Positions 1-7,574 of a stretch of 64,000 bases of DNA are shown one piece after another. How positions within the stretch are numbered: the first letter of the stretch is position 1; each line of letters opens with the position of its first letter. The notes under the pieces were generated by a model. It worked only from the letters and a program-made list of their open reading frames with translations, was not told the origin of the DNA and made no database searches. The DNA lies in NCBI GenBank assembly GCA_934162195.1, contig CAKPHO010000002.1, positions 13,689 to 77,688 on the forward strand, in the 5' to 3' direction. Made by a program: the position numbers and the translations under genes. Source of the stretch: an uncultured Bacilli bacterium (lineage in GTDB: Bacteria > Bacillota_I > Bacilli_A > RF39 > UBA660).

Positions 1-290
1 ATGGTGGTACTGTAGCAGCGCCGATTGCTCGTCAAGTACTATTAGATTCAATTGATGCTTTAAATATAAACAAAAGAGAAGGTGCTTCTGATAAAAAATA
101 TAATTATAATGATAAAAAGTATATAGAAGTTCCTAATGTGGAAGGTAAGAGTGTAGAAGATGCTATGAAAGAATTAAAAAGTTTTAAAGTAGAATTTAGT
201 GGTAGTGGAAATAATGTTTCTATTCAAACACCAAGTGCTGGAGAAAGAATTTTAGAAGGAGAAACAATAAAATTATTGTTAACTGAATAG
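1..290 (+). CDS. penicillin-binding protein, C-terminal fragment with PASTA-like domain (5-prime end outside window)
   Basis: Frame 3 reads GGTVAAPIARQVLLDSIDAL...KYIEVPNVEGKSVEDAMKELKSFKVEFSGSGNNVSIQTPSAGERILEGETIKLLLTE, with TAG at 288-290. The pattern is PASTA-like, and the fragment sits directly upstream of mraY as in dcw clusters. Confidence 0.6.
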   Translation, partial: GGTVAAPIARQVLLDSIDALNINKREGASDKKYNYNDKKYIEVPNVEGKSVEDAMKELKSFKVEFSGSGNNVSIQTPSAGERILEGETIKLLLTE

Positions 291-300
291 GGGTGATAGA

Positions 301-1293
301 GTGTTAATAATGACTAAATCGGTATTAAGTTTAATGTGTAGTTTCTTATTTTCGATTGTAATAGGAATTATTTTAGTACCACTTTTAAAAAAATTAAAAG
401 CAGGTCAAAGTCTTAGTATTTATTTGAGTGAAAGACACAAAAGCAAGAACGGAACACCAACAATGGGAGGATTAATCTTTATTATTCCAACTATTATAAT
501 TACTATTATTTTAATTGCTATAAAAAAAATTACCATTACTCATAATTTTTTAATTATCATATTTACATTTATTGGTTATGCTTTAATAGGATTTATTGAT
601 GATTATTTAATTATAGTTAGACATAATAATAAAGGTTTAAGTGAGAGTACTAAACTTTTGATGCAAGTAATTATATCAGTGGTATTTTTCTATTTGTTTA
701 TGAGAAGCGGTAATGAACCACTTCTATGGATACACACCTTAAATATAAAGATAAATATTGGTTGGTATTACGGTTTATTCATCTTACTAGTTTTAGTATC
801 AAGTAGTAATGCGGTTAATTTAACAGATGGCTTAGATGGGCTAGCCGGTGGTCTTTCAATAATAGCATTTTTAGCATTTGGAATTATTACTTGGAATACA
901 GGATGGTTGGAAGGTTATGAAGATATTGCTATCTTTATCTTCATCTTAATTGGATCATTATTAGGTTTTCTATTGTTTAATTTAAATCCTGCTAAAATTT
1001 TTATGGGGGATACTGGTTCTCTTGCTTTAGGAGCAACTTTAGGTAGTTTAGCCATTATTACTCGTCATGAACTATTACTCATTATTATAGGTATTGTGTT
1101 TGTTTTAGAAACATTAAGTTGTGTTATTCAAAGAGTGTATTATAAATTTACTAAAAAAAGAATATTTCTGATGACTCCTATTCATCACACTTTTGAAAAA
1201 CTAGGTTGGAAAGAAATAGATATTGTTAGATTGTTTTGGGTTATAGGATTAATAGGCGCTATGGTATCTATAGCTTTTGGAGTACTACTATGA
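301..1293 (+). CDS. mraY: phospho-N-acetylmuramoyl-pentapeptide transferase
   Basis: 330-aa polytopic membrane protein with MraY hallmarks (GTPTMGG, IDDY, NAVNLTDGLDGLA, MGDTGSLALG, HHHFE-like PIHHTFE). The start may be ATG 310 rather than GTG 301. Confidence 0.95.
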   Translation: MLIMTKSVLSLMCSFLFSIVIGIILVPLLKKLKAGQSLSIYLSERHKSKNGTPTMGGLIFIIPTIIITIILIAIKKITITHNFLIIIFTFIGYALIGFIDDYLIIVRHNNKGLSESTKLLMQVIISVVFFYLFMRSGNEPLLWIHTLNIKINIGWYYGLFILLVLVSSSNAVNLTDGLDGLAGGLSIIAFLAFGIITWNTGWLEGYEDIAIFIFILIGSLLGFLLFNLNPAKIFMGDTGSLALGATLGSLAIITRHELLLIIIGIVFVLETLSCVIQRVYYKFTKKRIFLMTPIHHTFEKLGWKEIDIVRLFWVIGLIGAMVSIAFGVLL

Positions 1294-2381
1294 AAAAGAA
1301 CAAACCAGAATTATTACTTTTAATAAGTGTTATTGTTATATCTTTATTTGGACTTATTATGATATATTCAGCGTCTTATATTTGGGCAGAATATAAATTT
1401 AATGATGCTTTCAAATTTGTAAAAAACCAAGGCATATTTTTTATTGTAGGTGTAATACTTATGATTATCATTAGTAAAATAGATTATCGTAAGTATTATG
1501 AAAAAGCAAATCTTCTATTATTAGGATGTGTAATTCTTTTAATACTGGTTTTAATCCCTGGTGTTGGTAGCGTTAGAAATGGTAGTAGAAGTTGGTTTGG
1601 AATAGGTTCTTTTGGCATTCAACCTAGTGAATTTACTAAATTAGCGCTTATTATTTTTACTTCTAAATATTTAGTTAATAATGAAAAGAACATGAAGTAC
1701 TTTAAAAAAGGAGTTCTTCCTATTTTGGGTATTACTCTAGGTATATTTGCGATTATAATGTTACAACCAGATTTTGGAACTGGAACAATTATTGTTATGT
1801 CTATCATCGGATTACTTTTTGTTGGTGGTGTTGATTTTAAATTTTTTCTAAAGATTGGTCTAGTTGGTTTAGCGGGTGTAGTAGCTTTAATTGCAGTTGC
1901 TCCTTATCGCTTAAGCCGTATTTTATCATTTTTAAATCCTTGGACTGATCCCTTGGGAAGTGGATTTCAAATTATTCAATCGTTATATGCAATTGGCCCT
2001 GGGGGATTATTTGGTTACGGTTTTTTAAATTCTCGTCAAAAACATTTTTATCTTCCGGAACCACAAACGGATTTTATTTTTTCTATCATCAGTGAAGAAT
2101 TTGGCTTTTTAGCAGTCCTACTAGTAACTTCTTTATTTTTAACAATCATTTTAACGGGGTTTAAAATTGCTCGTAATTCTAAAGATTTGTTTGGCAAATA
2201 TTTAGCTTTTGGAATAATGTTTCAAATATCATTTCAAACTCTACTTAATTTGATGGTTGTCGTAGGTTTAATTCCAGTAACTGGTGTAACACTTCCTTTT
2301 CTTTCATATGGAGGATCTAGTTTACTTATTACTTTGTGTGAAATAGGAATAGTATTAAATATATCAAGATATGAGAAATAA
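1290..2381 (+). CDS. ftsW: FtsW/RodA/SpoVE family peptidoglycan glycosyltransferase
   Basis: SEDS motifs are present (QPSEFTKL, LQPDFGT, LPEPQTDFIFS, PVTGVTLPFLSYGGSS). ATG 1290 overlaps the mraY stop (ATGA). I moved the ORF-track start at 1236 to this ATG (MKKNKPELL). Confidence 0.9.
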   Translation: MKKNKPELLLLISVIVISLFGLIMIYSASYIWAEYKFNDAFKFVKNQGIFFIVGVILMIIISKIDYRKYYEKANLLLLGCVILLILVLIPGVGSVRNGSRSWFGIGSFGIQPSEFTKLALIIFTSKYLVNNEKNMKYFKKGVLPILGITLGIFAIIMLQPDFGTGTIIVMSIIGLLFVGGVDFKFFLKIGLVGLAGVVALIAVAPYRLSRILSFLNPWTDPLGSGFQIIQSLYAIGPGGLFGYGFLNSRQKHFYLPEPQTDFIFSIISEEFGFLAVLLVTSLFLTIILTGFKIARNSKDLFGKYLAFGIMFQISFQTLLNLMVVVGLIPVTGVTLPFLSYGGSSLLITLCEIGIVLNISRYEK

Positions 2382-2418
2382 TTTGGATAACTATAACTTT
2401 TAATAGGTAAAGATATTA

Positions 2419-2447
2419 TTGTCAAATGTAATAAAATGTGTTAATAT
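2419..2447 (+). promoter_or_regulatory. candidate sigma-A promoter (TTGTCA-17-TAATAT) in the ftsW/response-regulator spacer
   Basis: TTGTCA at 2419, a 17-nt spacer, then TAATAT. No annotated gene lies between it and the terminator at 2529-2563. Confidence 0.35.
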
Positions 2448-2454
2448 GTATGTA

Positions 2455-2563
2455 GCAAGAAGTCTTGCATAAAATAAAAAAGAGGAACATTCAATTTTGC
2501 AAGTGAATGTCGCCTCACAAATGTGTGTGACACCCTACATATGCAGGGTGTCTATTTTTTTTT
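2455..2563 (+). ncRNA. candidate ~110-nt small RNA (or carrier of a 22-codon ORF)
   Basis: Three hairpins follow the promoter: GCAAG-AAGT-CTTGC, ACATTCA-(10 nt)-TGAATGT, and the terminator hairpin GACACCCT-(8 nt)-AGGGTGTC plus T9. A TTG-initiated ORF (MQVNVASQMCVTPYICRVSIFF) after AAGAGGA is an alternative reading. Confidence 0.3.
2529..2563 (+). terminator. intrinsic terminator
   Basis: The 8-bp stem GACACCCT/AGGGTGTC is GC-rich for this genome. It has an 8-nt loop and is followed by a run of 9 T. Confidence 0.75.
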
Positions 2564-2765
2564 AATGCTAGTACCAGTAAGGTAGATAGTAGTAAAATTA
2601 TAGAAATGTATCTAAGAACTTTTAAAACTAACTTTTTTAAAGAAGCAATATCTTTAATTTTAATATGGAGATATTTATTTGACATAAAAAGTGACAAATG
2701 GCAAAAAAATAACAAATTATCTTTATTATCAAAGAAAATATGTTATAATTAATATAGGTGATAAT

Positions 2766-3536
2766 ATGAAAGATGTTAGTTTTTTAGTTGAAAATGGAAT
2801 CGATGTTAAAGGAAGTTTAGAATTGTTTGGAGATATGGACATGTATAATGAAACAGCGTCTGATTTCTTGAATTCAGTTTCTAAGAAATTAGCAGATATA
2901 AAAAAATATAAGGAAGCATCTGATATGCCAAATTACGCTATACTTGTTCATTCTTTAAAAAGTGATTCCAGATATTTAGGGTTTACTAAGTTAGCTGAAC
3001 TTGCTTATAATCACGAAATGAAAAGTAAAGCTAATGATATTACATATGTTTATAATAATTATGATGAACTTATGAGAGAAGCACATCGTATTGTTAACGT
3101 TGTTAAAGAGTATATGGGGATGGAAGTAGAGGAACAAGAAGAAAAACCAATAATAGTAAAAGATAAAACGATCCTTGTTGTAGATGATTCTAATATTATT
3201 AGAAACTTTATTAAAAAGATATTTAACGATACATATGAAGTTATAGTAGCAAATGATGGAAAAGAAGCACTAGATATGATAGCGTTAAATCAAAACAGTA
3301 ATATTGTTGGAATGTTGCTTGATTTAAATATGCCAAACATAAATGGTTTTGAAGTATTAGAATATTTTGATAAGCATAATTTATTTTCTAAAATTCCAGT
3401 TTCAATTGTAACAGGTGATGATTATCGTGAAACTGTAGATAGGGTATTTGCATATCCTGTTGTAGATATTCTAATTAAACCTTTTAATGAAAGAGATATA
3501 AAAAGAATTGTAGAAAAAACAATTAATCGTGGGTAA
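2766..3536 (+). CDS. Hpt-domain plus receiver-domain protein (phosphorelay component, no output domain)
   Basis: The N-terminal half has an HPt-like helix bundle with HSLKSDSRYLGF. The C-terminal half is CheY-like REC (ILVVDDS, LLDLNMPNINGF, KP). ATG 2766 follows an extended -10 TGTTATAAT. Confidence 0.8.
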   Translation: MKDVSFLVENGIDVKGSLELFGDMDMYNETASDFLNSVSKKLADIKKYKEASDMPNYAILVHSLKSDSRYLGFTKLAELAYNHEMKSKANDITYVYNNYDELMREAHRIVNVVKEYMGMEVEEQEEKPIIVKDKTILVVDDSNIIRNFIKKIFNDTYEVIVANDGKEALDMIALNQNSNIVGMLLDLNMPNINGFEVLEYFDKHNLFSKIPVSIVTGDDYRETVDRVFAYPVVDILIKPFNERDIKRIVEKTINRG

Positions 3537-3540
3537 AATA

Positions 3541-3570
3541 TTAAAAGTAGTTGCAAAAACTACTTTTTTA
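3541..3570 (+). terminator. intrinsic terminator
   Basis: AAAAGTAGTT-GCAA-AAACTACTTTTTT hairpin with a T-tail, directly after the stop codon. Confidence 0.7.
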
Positions 3571-3659
3571 TGATAAAATTTATCTTGTCGTGATCCGCTG
3601 GGATTAAAAAATATTATATATTACTTATGATCATAGATTTAAAAAAGGAGAGTGAAATC

Positions 3660-4001
3660 GTGAATTTAGTTGAAAAAATAACTAAGAGTCAAATTAGAAC
3701 TGATATTCCTGAATTTCAAGTTGGAGATACTGTTCGTGTTGATGTAAAAATCGTCGAAGGTAAACGAGAAAGAATCCAAGCTTTTGAAGGTATTGTTATT
3801 GCTATTCAAGGACGTGGAATTGGAAGAAACTTTATTGTAAGAAAGATTTCAGGTGGAGTAGGAGTTGAAAGAACATTCCCTATTAATTCACCAAAAGTTG
3901 CTGCTATTACAGTAGTAAGAAAAGGTGTAGTACGTCGTGCTAAAATTGGTTCTTACTTAAGAAAATCAGTTAAACAACCAAAGATTAAAGAAAGAAATTA
4001 A
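3660..4001 (+). CDS. rplS: 50S ribosomal protein L19
   Basis: The sequence [30 protein letters not shown]...[14 protein letters not shown] is classic L19. GTG 3660 is preceded by AAGGAGAG, and I regard the ORF-track start at 3627 as too long. Confidence 0.9.
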   Translation: MNLVEKITKSQIRTDIPEFQVGDTVRVDVKIVEGKRERIQAFEGIVIAIQGRGIGRNFIVRKISGGVGVERTFPINSPKVAAITVVRKGVVRRAKIGSYLRKSVKQPKIKERN

Positions 4002-4042
4002 TAAGACGTATGAGTCTTATTTTTTCGTATGAGAGGTGAATT

Positions 4043-4537
4043 ATGAAATTTATAAAAGAACTAGTTCCTTATATAGTAATAATAGTCGTAGTAGTACTTA
4101 TTAGAACTTTTATTGTTACTCCAGTTCAAGTGGATGGAGAATCCATGTATCCAACATTACTTGATAATCAAATATTAATTTTAAAGAAATATGACCATAG
4201 TTATGATAGATTTGATATAGTAGTTTTTAAATATAATAATTCTAAATTAGTAAAAAGAATTATTGGGTTACCTGGAGAAACAGTAAGTTATAAAAACAAT
4301 ACTTTATATATCAATGATAAAGAAATAGATAACATAAAATTAGATGCTTACACATATGATTTTAATTTAAGCGAACTTGGTTTTGATAAGATACCAGAAG
4401 GATATTATTTTGTTTTAGGTGACAATAGAACAAATTCTTTAGATAGTAGAATGATAGGACTTATACCAGAAGATAGTATCCTGGGGGCAACTAATTTTAG
4501 TATTTTTCCTTTCAAAAGATTTGGCAGTATTAAATAA
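4043..4537 (+). CDS. lepB: signal peptidase I
   Basis: S26 motifs GESMYPTL, VKRIIGLPGE and GDNRTNSLDSR, with an N-terminal TM anchor. Confidence 0.9.
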   Translation: MKFIKELVPYIVIIVVVVLIRTFIVTPVQVDGESMYPTLLDNQILILKKYDHSYDRFDIVVFKYNNSKLVKRIIGLPGETVSYKNNTLYINDKEIDNIKLDAYTYDFNLSELGFDKIPEGYYFVLGDNRTNSLDSRMIGLIPEDSILGATNFSIFPFKRFGSIK

Positions 4538-4586
4538 TAGAATTTATTTCTATTATTTTTTTTGGTATAATTGATATGGTGATGGT

Positions 4587-5567
4587 ATGAACAAAAAGAC
4601 AGTAGCGTTAATAATATCTTTGCTAATTATACTTTTTCTAAGTATTTTCTTTATAAATACCAAAAAAGAATATAAAGCAAATATGTATTATATGGATACA
4701 TATATATATATAAAACTATATAGTAAAAAAGATGCTAGTGAGATACTAAAAAAAATAGATGATATATATAAAGAGTATCACTCTTTAACAGATAGATATA
4801 ATCATTATGAGGGAATTGTTAATATCTATGATATTTATCATAATACTTTAAGTGATAATGAATTAATAATAGATCCTAAACTATATGATATGTTAAAGTA
4901 TGCTAAAGAGTGGGAAGAAAAGTATCCCAAATTTAGTATTGAAATAGGTAGTACTATTGATGTATGGAAAAAATATAGAGATAGTGGTAAAGGTATTCCG
5001 TCAAAAGAAGAACTTGATAATACTAAAGAATATACAAAATTAATTTTGCTTGAAGATAATAAAATATTAAATAATCATCCTAATTTAGATCTAGGAGCTA
5101 TATCTAAAGGATATACTACAGAAGTAGTTGGTAAATATTTAGAGAGTATTGGCATTGACGAATATTTAATAAATGCTGGTGGTAATGTCAAAGTAGGAAG
5201 TAACTATAAAAAGAAAAATTATAGTATTGGTATCCAAAGTCCGATTAAAGGTGAAGATCTAATGTCAGTAATAAAAGGAAATAATATTAGTGTTGTAACC
5301 AGTGGCGGATATGAAAGAAATTATGAATATAATGGGATTACTTATCATCATATTATAGATCCAGATACTTTATATCCAAGTAATAATATGAAAAGTGTTA
5401 CAGTAGTTACAAAAGATAGTGCATTAGGTGATATACTTTCAACAACATTATTTTTAAGTAGTGTAGAAGAAGTTCAAGAAATAATTAAAAATTATGATTG
5501 TGAAGCCATATGGTATACTAATGACAATAAAATAATTAGAAGTGAGAATTTCAATAAGTATGAATAA
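4587..5567 (+). CDS. apbE: FAD:protein FMN transferase (ApbE family)
   Basis: ApbE motifs ISKGY, INAGGN, TSGGYER and HHIIDP, with an N-terminal membrane anchor. Confidence 0.85.
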   Translation: MNKKTVALIISLLIILFLSIFFINTKKEYKANMYYMDTYIYIKLYSKKDASEILKKIDDIYKEYHSLTDRYNHYEGIVNIYDIYHNTLSDNELIIDPKLYDMLKYAKEWEEKYPKFSIEIGSTIDVWKKYRDSGKGIPSKEELDNTKEYTKLILLEDNKILNNHPNLDLGAISKGYTTEVVGKYLESIGIDEYLINAGGNVKVGSNYKKKNYSIGIQSPIKGEDLMSVIKGNNISVVTSGGYERNYEYNGITYHHIIDPDTLYPSNNMKSVTVVTKDSALGDILSTTLFLSSVEEVQEIIKNYDCEAIWYTNDNKIIRSENFNKYE

Positions 5568-5928
5568 AAGTGATTGGAAATTAGTTATAAGTTTAGCACT
5601 TGTAATAATCGTTAGCTTTGCATTATTATTTTTAGTTAAAAATAATAATACCCCTAAAAAAGCACTAGTATATTATGAAAATGAATTAGTATTAGAAATA
5701 GATTTAAGTTTAAAAGGAGAACATGAATATCATGTTTCTGGATATAACGGAGATATATTAATTAAAACAAATGATAATAAAATTAAAGTTGAAGAGGAAA
5801 ATAGTCCTAATCATATATGTTCTAAACAAGGATATATAGATAGTAGTTATGAAGTACTTGTTTGTCTTCCTAATAAAGTAGTTATCAAAATAGAAGATAA
5901 TAAAGAAATAGATACGGTTGTGAAATGA
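5560..5928 (+). CDS. NusG domain II-containing membrane-anchored protein
   Basis: N-terminal TM followed by a beta-rich domain ending ICSKQGYI...VCLPNKVVI, typical of the NusG_II/DUF1312 family. ATG 5560 overlaps the apbE stop. Confidence 0.65.
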   Translation: MNKSDWKLVISLALVIIVSFALLFLVKNNNTPKKALVYYENELVLEIDLSLKGEHEYHVSGYNGDILIKTNDNKIKVEEENSPNHICSKQGYIDSSYEVLVCLPNKVVIKIEDNKEIDTVVK

Positions 5929-6425
5929 TGAAAAAATTTACAAGATTAACAATGTTACTAGCACTTAGTGTAGTATTAAATATTATAGAAAGTTTTATAC
6001 CACTCTTTAATGGTAATATTCCAGGATTAAAGTTAGGTCTTGCTAATATTATTATTTTAATAGTTTTATATATGTTTTCTTTTAAAGATGCTTTATATGT
6101 ATCACTACTTAGAATAATATTAGTAGGTATTTTAAGAACAGGTTTATTTAGTATGACCTTCTTCTTTTCATTAGGGGGAGCTTTCCTTAGCTTGTGTTCT
6201 ATGTTTATAGCTAAGAAGACTAAACTCTCTATTATAGGTGTAAGTATTGTAGGCTCTATCTTTCACAGTATAGGACAAATTTTAGTTGCAATTCTAATTA
6301 TAAAAAATAGGTACATAATTTATTATGTACCTTGGTTACTTTTATTTTCTATTCCTACAGGTATATTAGTAGGATTTACAAGCAAGACTATTTTAAATAA
6401 CTTGGAGAATAGAAAAATAATATAA
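5925..6425 (+). CDS. Gx transporter family protein (heptaprenyl diphosphate synthase component I-like)
   Basis: 166-aa five-TM protein beginning LALSVVLNIIESFIPL. The context is the usual ApbE / NusG_II / Gx trio, and the start overlaps the upstream stop (ATGATG). Confidence 0.65.
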   Translation: MMKKFTRLTMLLALSVVLNIIESFIPLFNGNIPGLKLGLANIIILIVLYMFSFKDALYVSLLRIILVGILRTGLFSMTFFFSLGGAFLSLCSMFIAKKTKLSIIGVSIVGSIFHSIGQILVAILIIKNRYIIYYVPWLLLFSIPTGILVGFTSKTILNNLENRKII

Positions 6426-6485
6426 AGATACTTGCAAACTGGATGACAATGATGTATACTTAGTACAGTAAAGGACAGTGGTAGT

Positions 6486-6545
6486 ATGGTTAAAGTAGCT
6501 TTGAAAATAATAGCAAAAGCACCAACCTGGGGGGGGGTTATTTAA
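6486..6545 (+). CDS. candidate 19-codon leader peptide MVKVALKIIAKAPTWGGVI
   Basis: AAAGGA lies 10 nt upstream of the ATG. The paralogous copy at 31989-32048 has the same length and frame and the same MVK...PTWGGVI ends, although the middle differs at the nucleotide level. Confidence 0.45.
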   Translation: MVKVALKIIAKAPTWGGVI

Positions 6546-6575
6546 TCATACTATAGTATTAAATGATAAAGAAAA

Positions 6576-6624
6576 CACAAAGTTTCTAGACTTTTTAGTA
6601 GTCTAGATTTCTTTGTGCTTTTTT
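6576..6624 (+). terminator. intrinsic terminator between the uORF and the pilin gene
   Basis: CACAAAG-TTT-CTAGACT / AGTCTAG-ATT?TTT-CTTTGTG long hairpin with a 3x3 internal loop, followed by CTTTTTTG. It is conserved in copy 2. Confidence 0.65.
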
Positions 6625-6674
6625 GTTGTACCTTTACAAAAAAAGTAAATCTAAATAAAAGAAGGAGGAAGATT

Positions 6675-7574
6675 ATGAAATTAAAAAATAAATACGGATT
6701 TACACTTATTGAATTACTAGCGGTAATAGTAGTATTAGCAATAATCGCACTAATCGCAACACCAATAGTAATGAATACAATTAAGAATGCGAAGAAAGGA
6801 GCGGCTGAAAGAAGTGCGGATAGCTATGTTAAACAAGTAGAAGTAGCAGTAGCAGAAGAACGACTAAATAAAAATGAAGTACCAGAAGGCGAATATCAAA
6901 TAACAAGTGATGGAAATCTATGTAGAGATAAAAGTGCAAGTTGTTCAGATGAAGAAAAAATAAAAATTGAAATGAGCGGAACAAAACCAACATCAGGGAA
7001 AATAAAGATAACAAATGGAAGTGTTGATCAAACATCATCAAGTATGACAATAGGAGATTATACTGTTTCATATAATTCTACTAAAAAAACATATGAAGCA
7101 ACAGAGAAAGGGAATACAACTCCTGATACACAATCAACAACAGTAGTGTATAGATGGGCACCAGATACTATAGAAATAGGTGATACAATAAATCCAAGTG
7201 ATTATACAAAAGATGCAAGTACATTAGGAAAAAGTAATTATTTAAAACATGTATTAGATAAAGATGATAAAGTAATAGAATCATATGCATGTGTTATATT
7301 TAATAGTAAAGAATATTGTTTAAGAGGAGGGAACTCATCTTTCTATGGATATGCAGAAAATGAAGCAGATTATACAGGAAATGCGTTAATATTAAAACAA
7401 ATAAAAGATGCAAAAATAGAGGGAATAAGCTGCTACTTCAATGCTAGCAACTGTAACTGCCATGATGGCTCCGTTAGTTTGAATGTGAATTCGTATGGTG
7501 ACGTTAGTGCGGGCGATGTTGATGGCGGCTGCTCCGTCGGTGGTGATGGTAGTTCGTATTGCGTAAGCGCGTAG
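6675..7574 (+). CDS. modular type IV pilin-like protein A (class III signal peptide plus C-terminal Cys/Gly-rich domain)
   Basis: MKLKNKYG/FTLIELLAVIVVLAIIALIATP has the prepilin cleavage motif with Glu at +5. RBS GAAGGAGGA precedes ATG 6675, so the ORF-track start at 6615 is rejected. The first ~145 aa are paralogous to the pilin at 32257. Confidence 0.85.
   Translation: MKLKNKYGFTLIELLAVIVVLAIIALIATPIVMNTIKNAKKGAAERSADSYVKQVEVAVAEERLNKNEVPEGEYQITSDGNLCRDKSASCSDEEKIKIEMSGTKPTSGKIKITNGSVDQTSSSMTIGDYTVSYNSTKKTYEATEKGNTTPDTQSTTVVYRWAPDTIEIGDTINPSDYTKDASTLGKSNYLKHVLDKDDKVIESYACVIFNSKEYCLRGGNSSFYGYAENEADYTGNALILKQIKDAKIEGISCYFNASNCNCHDGSVSLNVNSYGDVSAGDVDGGCSVGGDGSSYCVSA
7428..7574 (+). other. 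adenine-avoiding, codon-phased segment at the pilin A C-terminus (candidate DGR variable region)
   Basis: Of 48 codons, 47 end in C, T or G (a single GTA). GC is ~50% by hand count against ~30% upstream. Locally rare codons are used (GCG, TCG, GTG), and the boundary at ~7428 is sharp. Confidence 0.45.

Larger units (their letters stand above)
6432..6624 (+). promoter_or_regulatory. pilin leader copy 1: promoter, hairpin-enclosed uORF with G9 tract, intrinsic terminator
   Basis: TTGCAA(6432)-17-TATACT(6455). A 13-bp helix pairs 6482-6494 with 6541-6553. The block from 6467 to ~6640 is near-identical to 31971-32140, apart from a ~27-nt stretch that lies inside the uORF. Confidence 0.6.

Noticed and set aside
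2515-2715. Minus-strand 66-aa ORF in the ftsW/Hpt-REC spacer.
   Set aside because: It runs through the plus-strand terminator hairpin and has no RBS or recognisable family. The region is better explained by the promoter-hairpin-terminator unit on the plus strand.
3571-3659. Ribosomal protein L19 leader RNA upstream of rplS.
   Set aside because: The spacer is short, and I could not fold a convincing conserved hairpin by eye. It needs an Rfam scan, so it is not reported as a feature.
6467-6575. A c-di-GMP (GEMM-I/II) or other known riboswitch upstream of the pilin genes, by analogy with Clostridioides pilA1.
   Set aside because: I could not recognise the conserved GEMM core sequences. The one diverged stretch between the two copies preserves an open reading frame and its length, which fits a translated leader peptide better than a ligand-binding aptamer. 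A covariance-model scan is still needed.
6615-6674. N-terminally extended ORF-track starts at 6615, 8198, 9118, 24027, 34459, 39272 and 51653, together with the similar smaller extensions the track gives to rplS, lspA, rluD, rsmE, rnj, dnaG, trmK and uvrC.
   Set aside because: In each case an internal ATG or GTG with a good Shine-Dalgarno sequence gives the family-typical N-terminus (signal peptide, prepilin motif and so on). The extension overlaps the upstream gene or terminator.
7428-7574. A single shared template generating both A-avoiding segments (pilin A and pilin B).
   Set aside because: The two segments cannot be aligned so that differences fall only at potential template adenines. 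T/C/G mismatches are frequent, and the encoded scaffolds differ.
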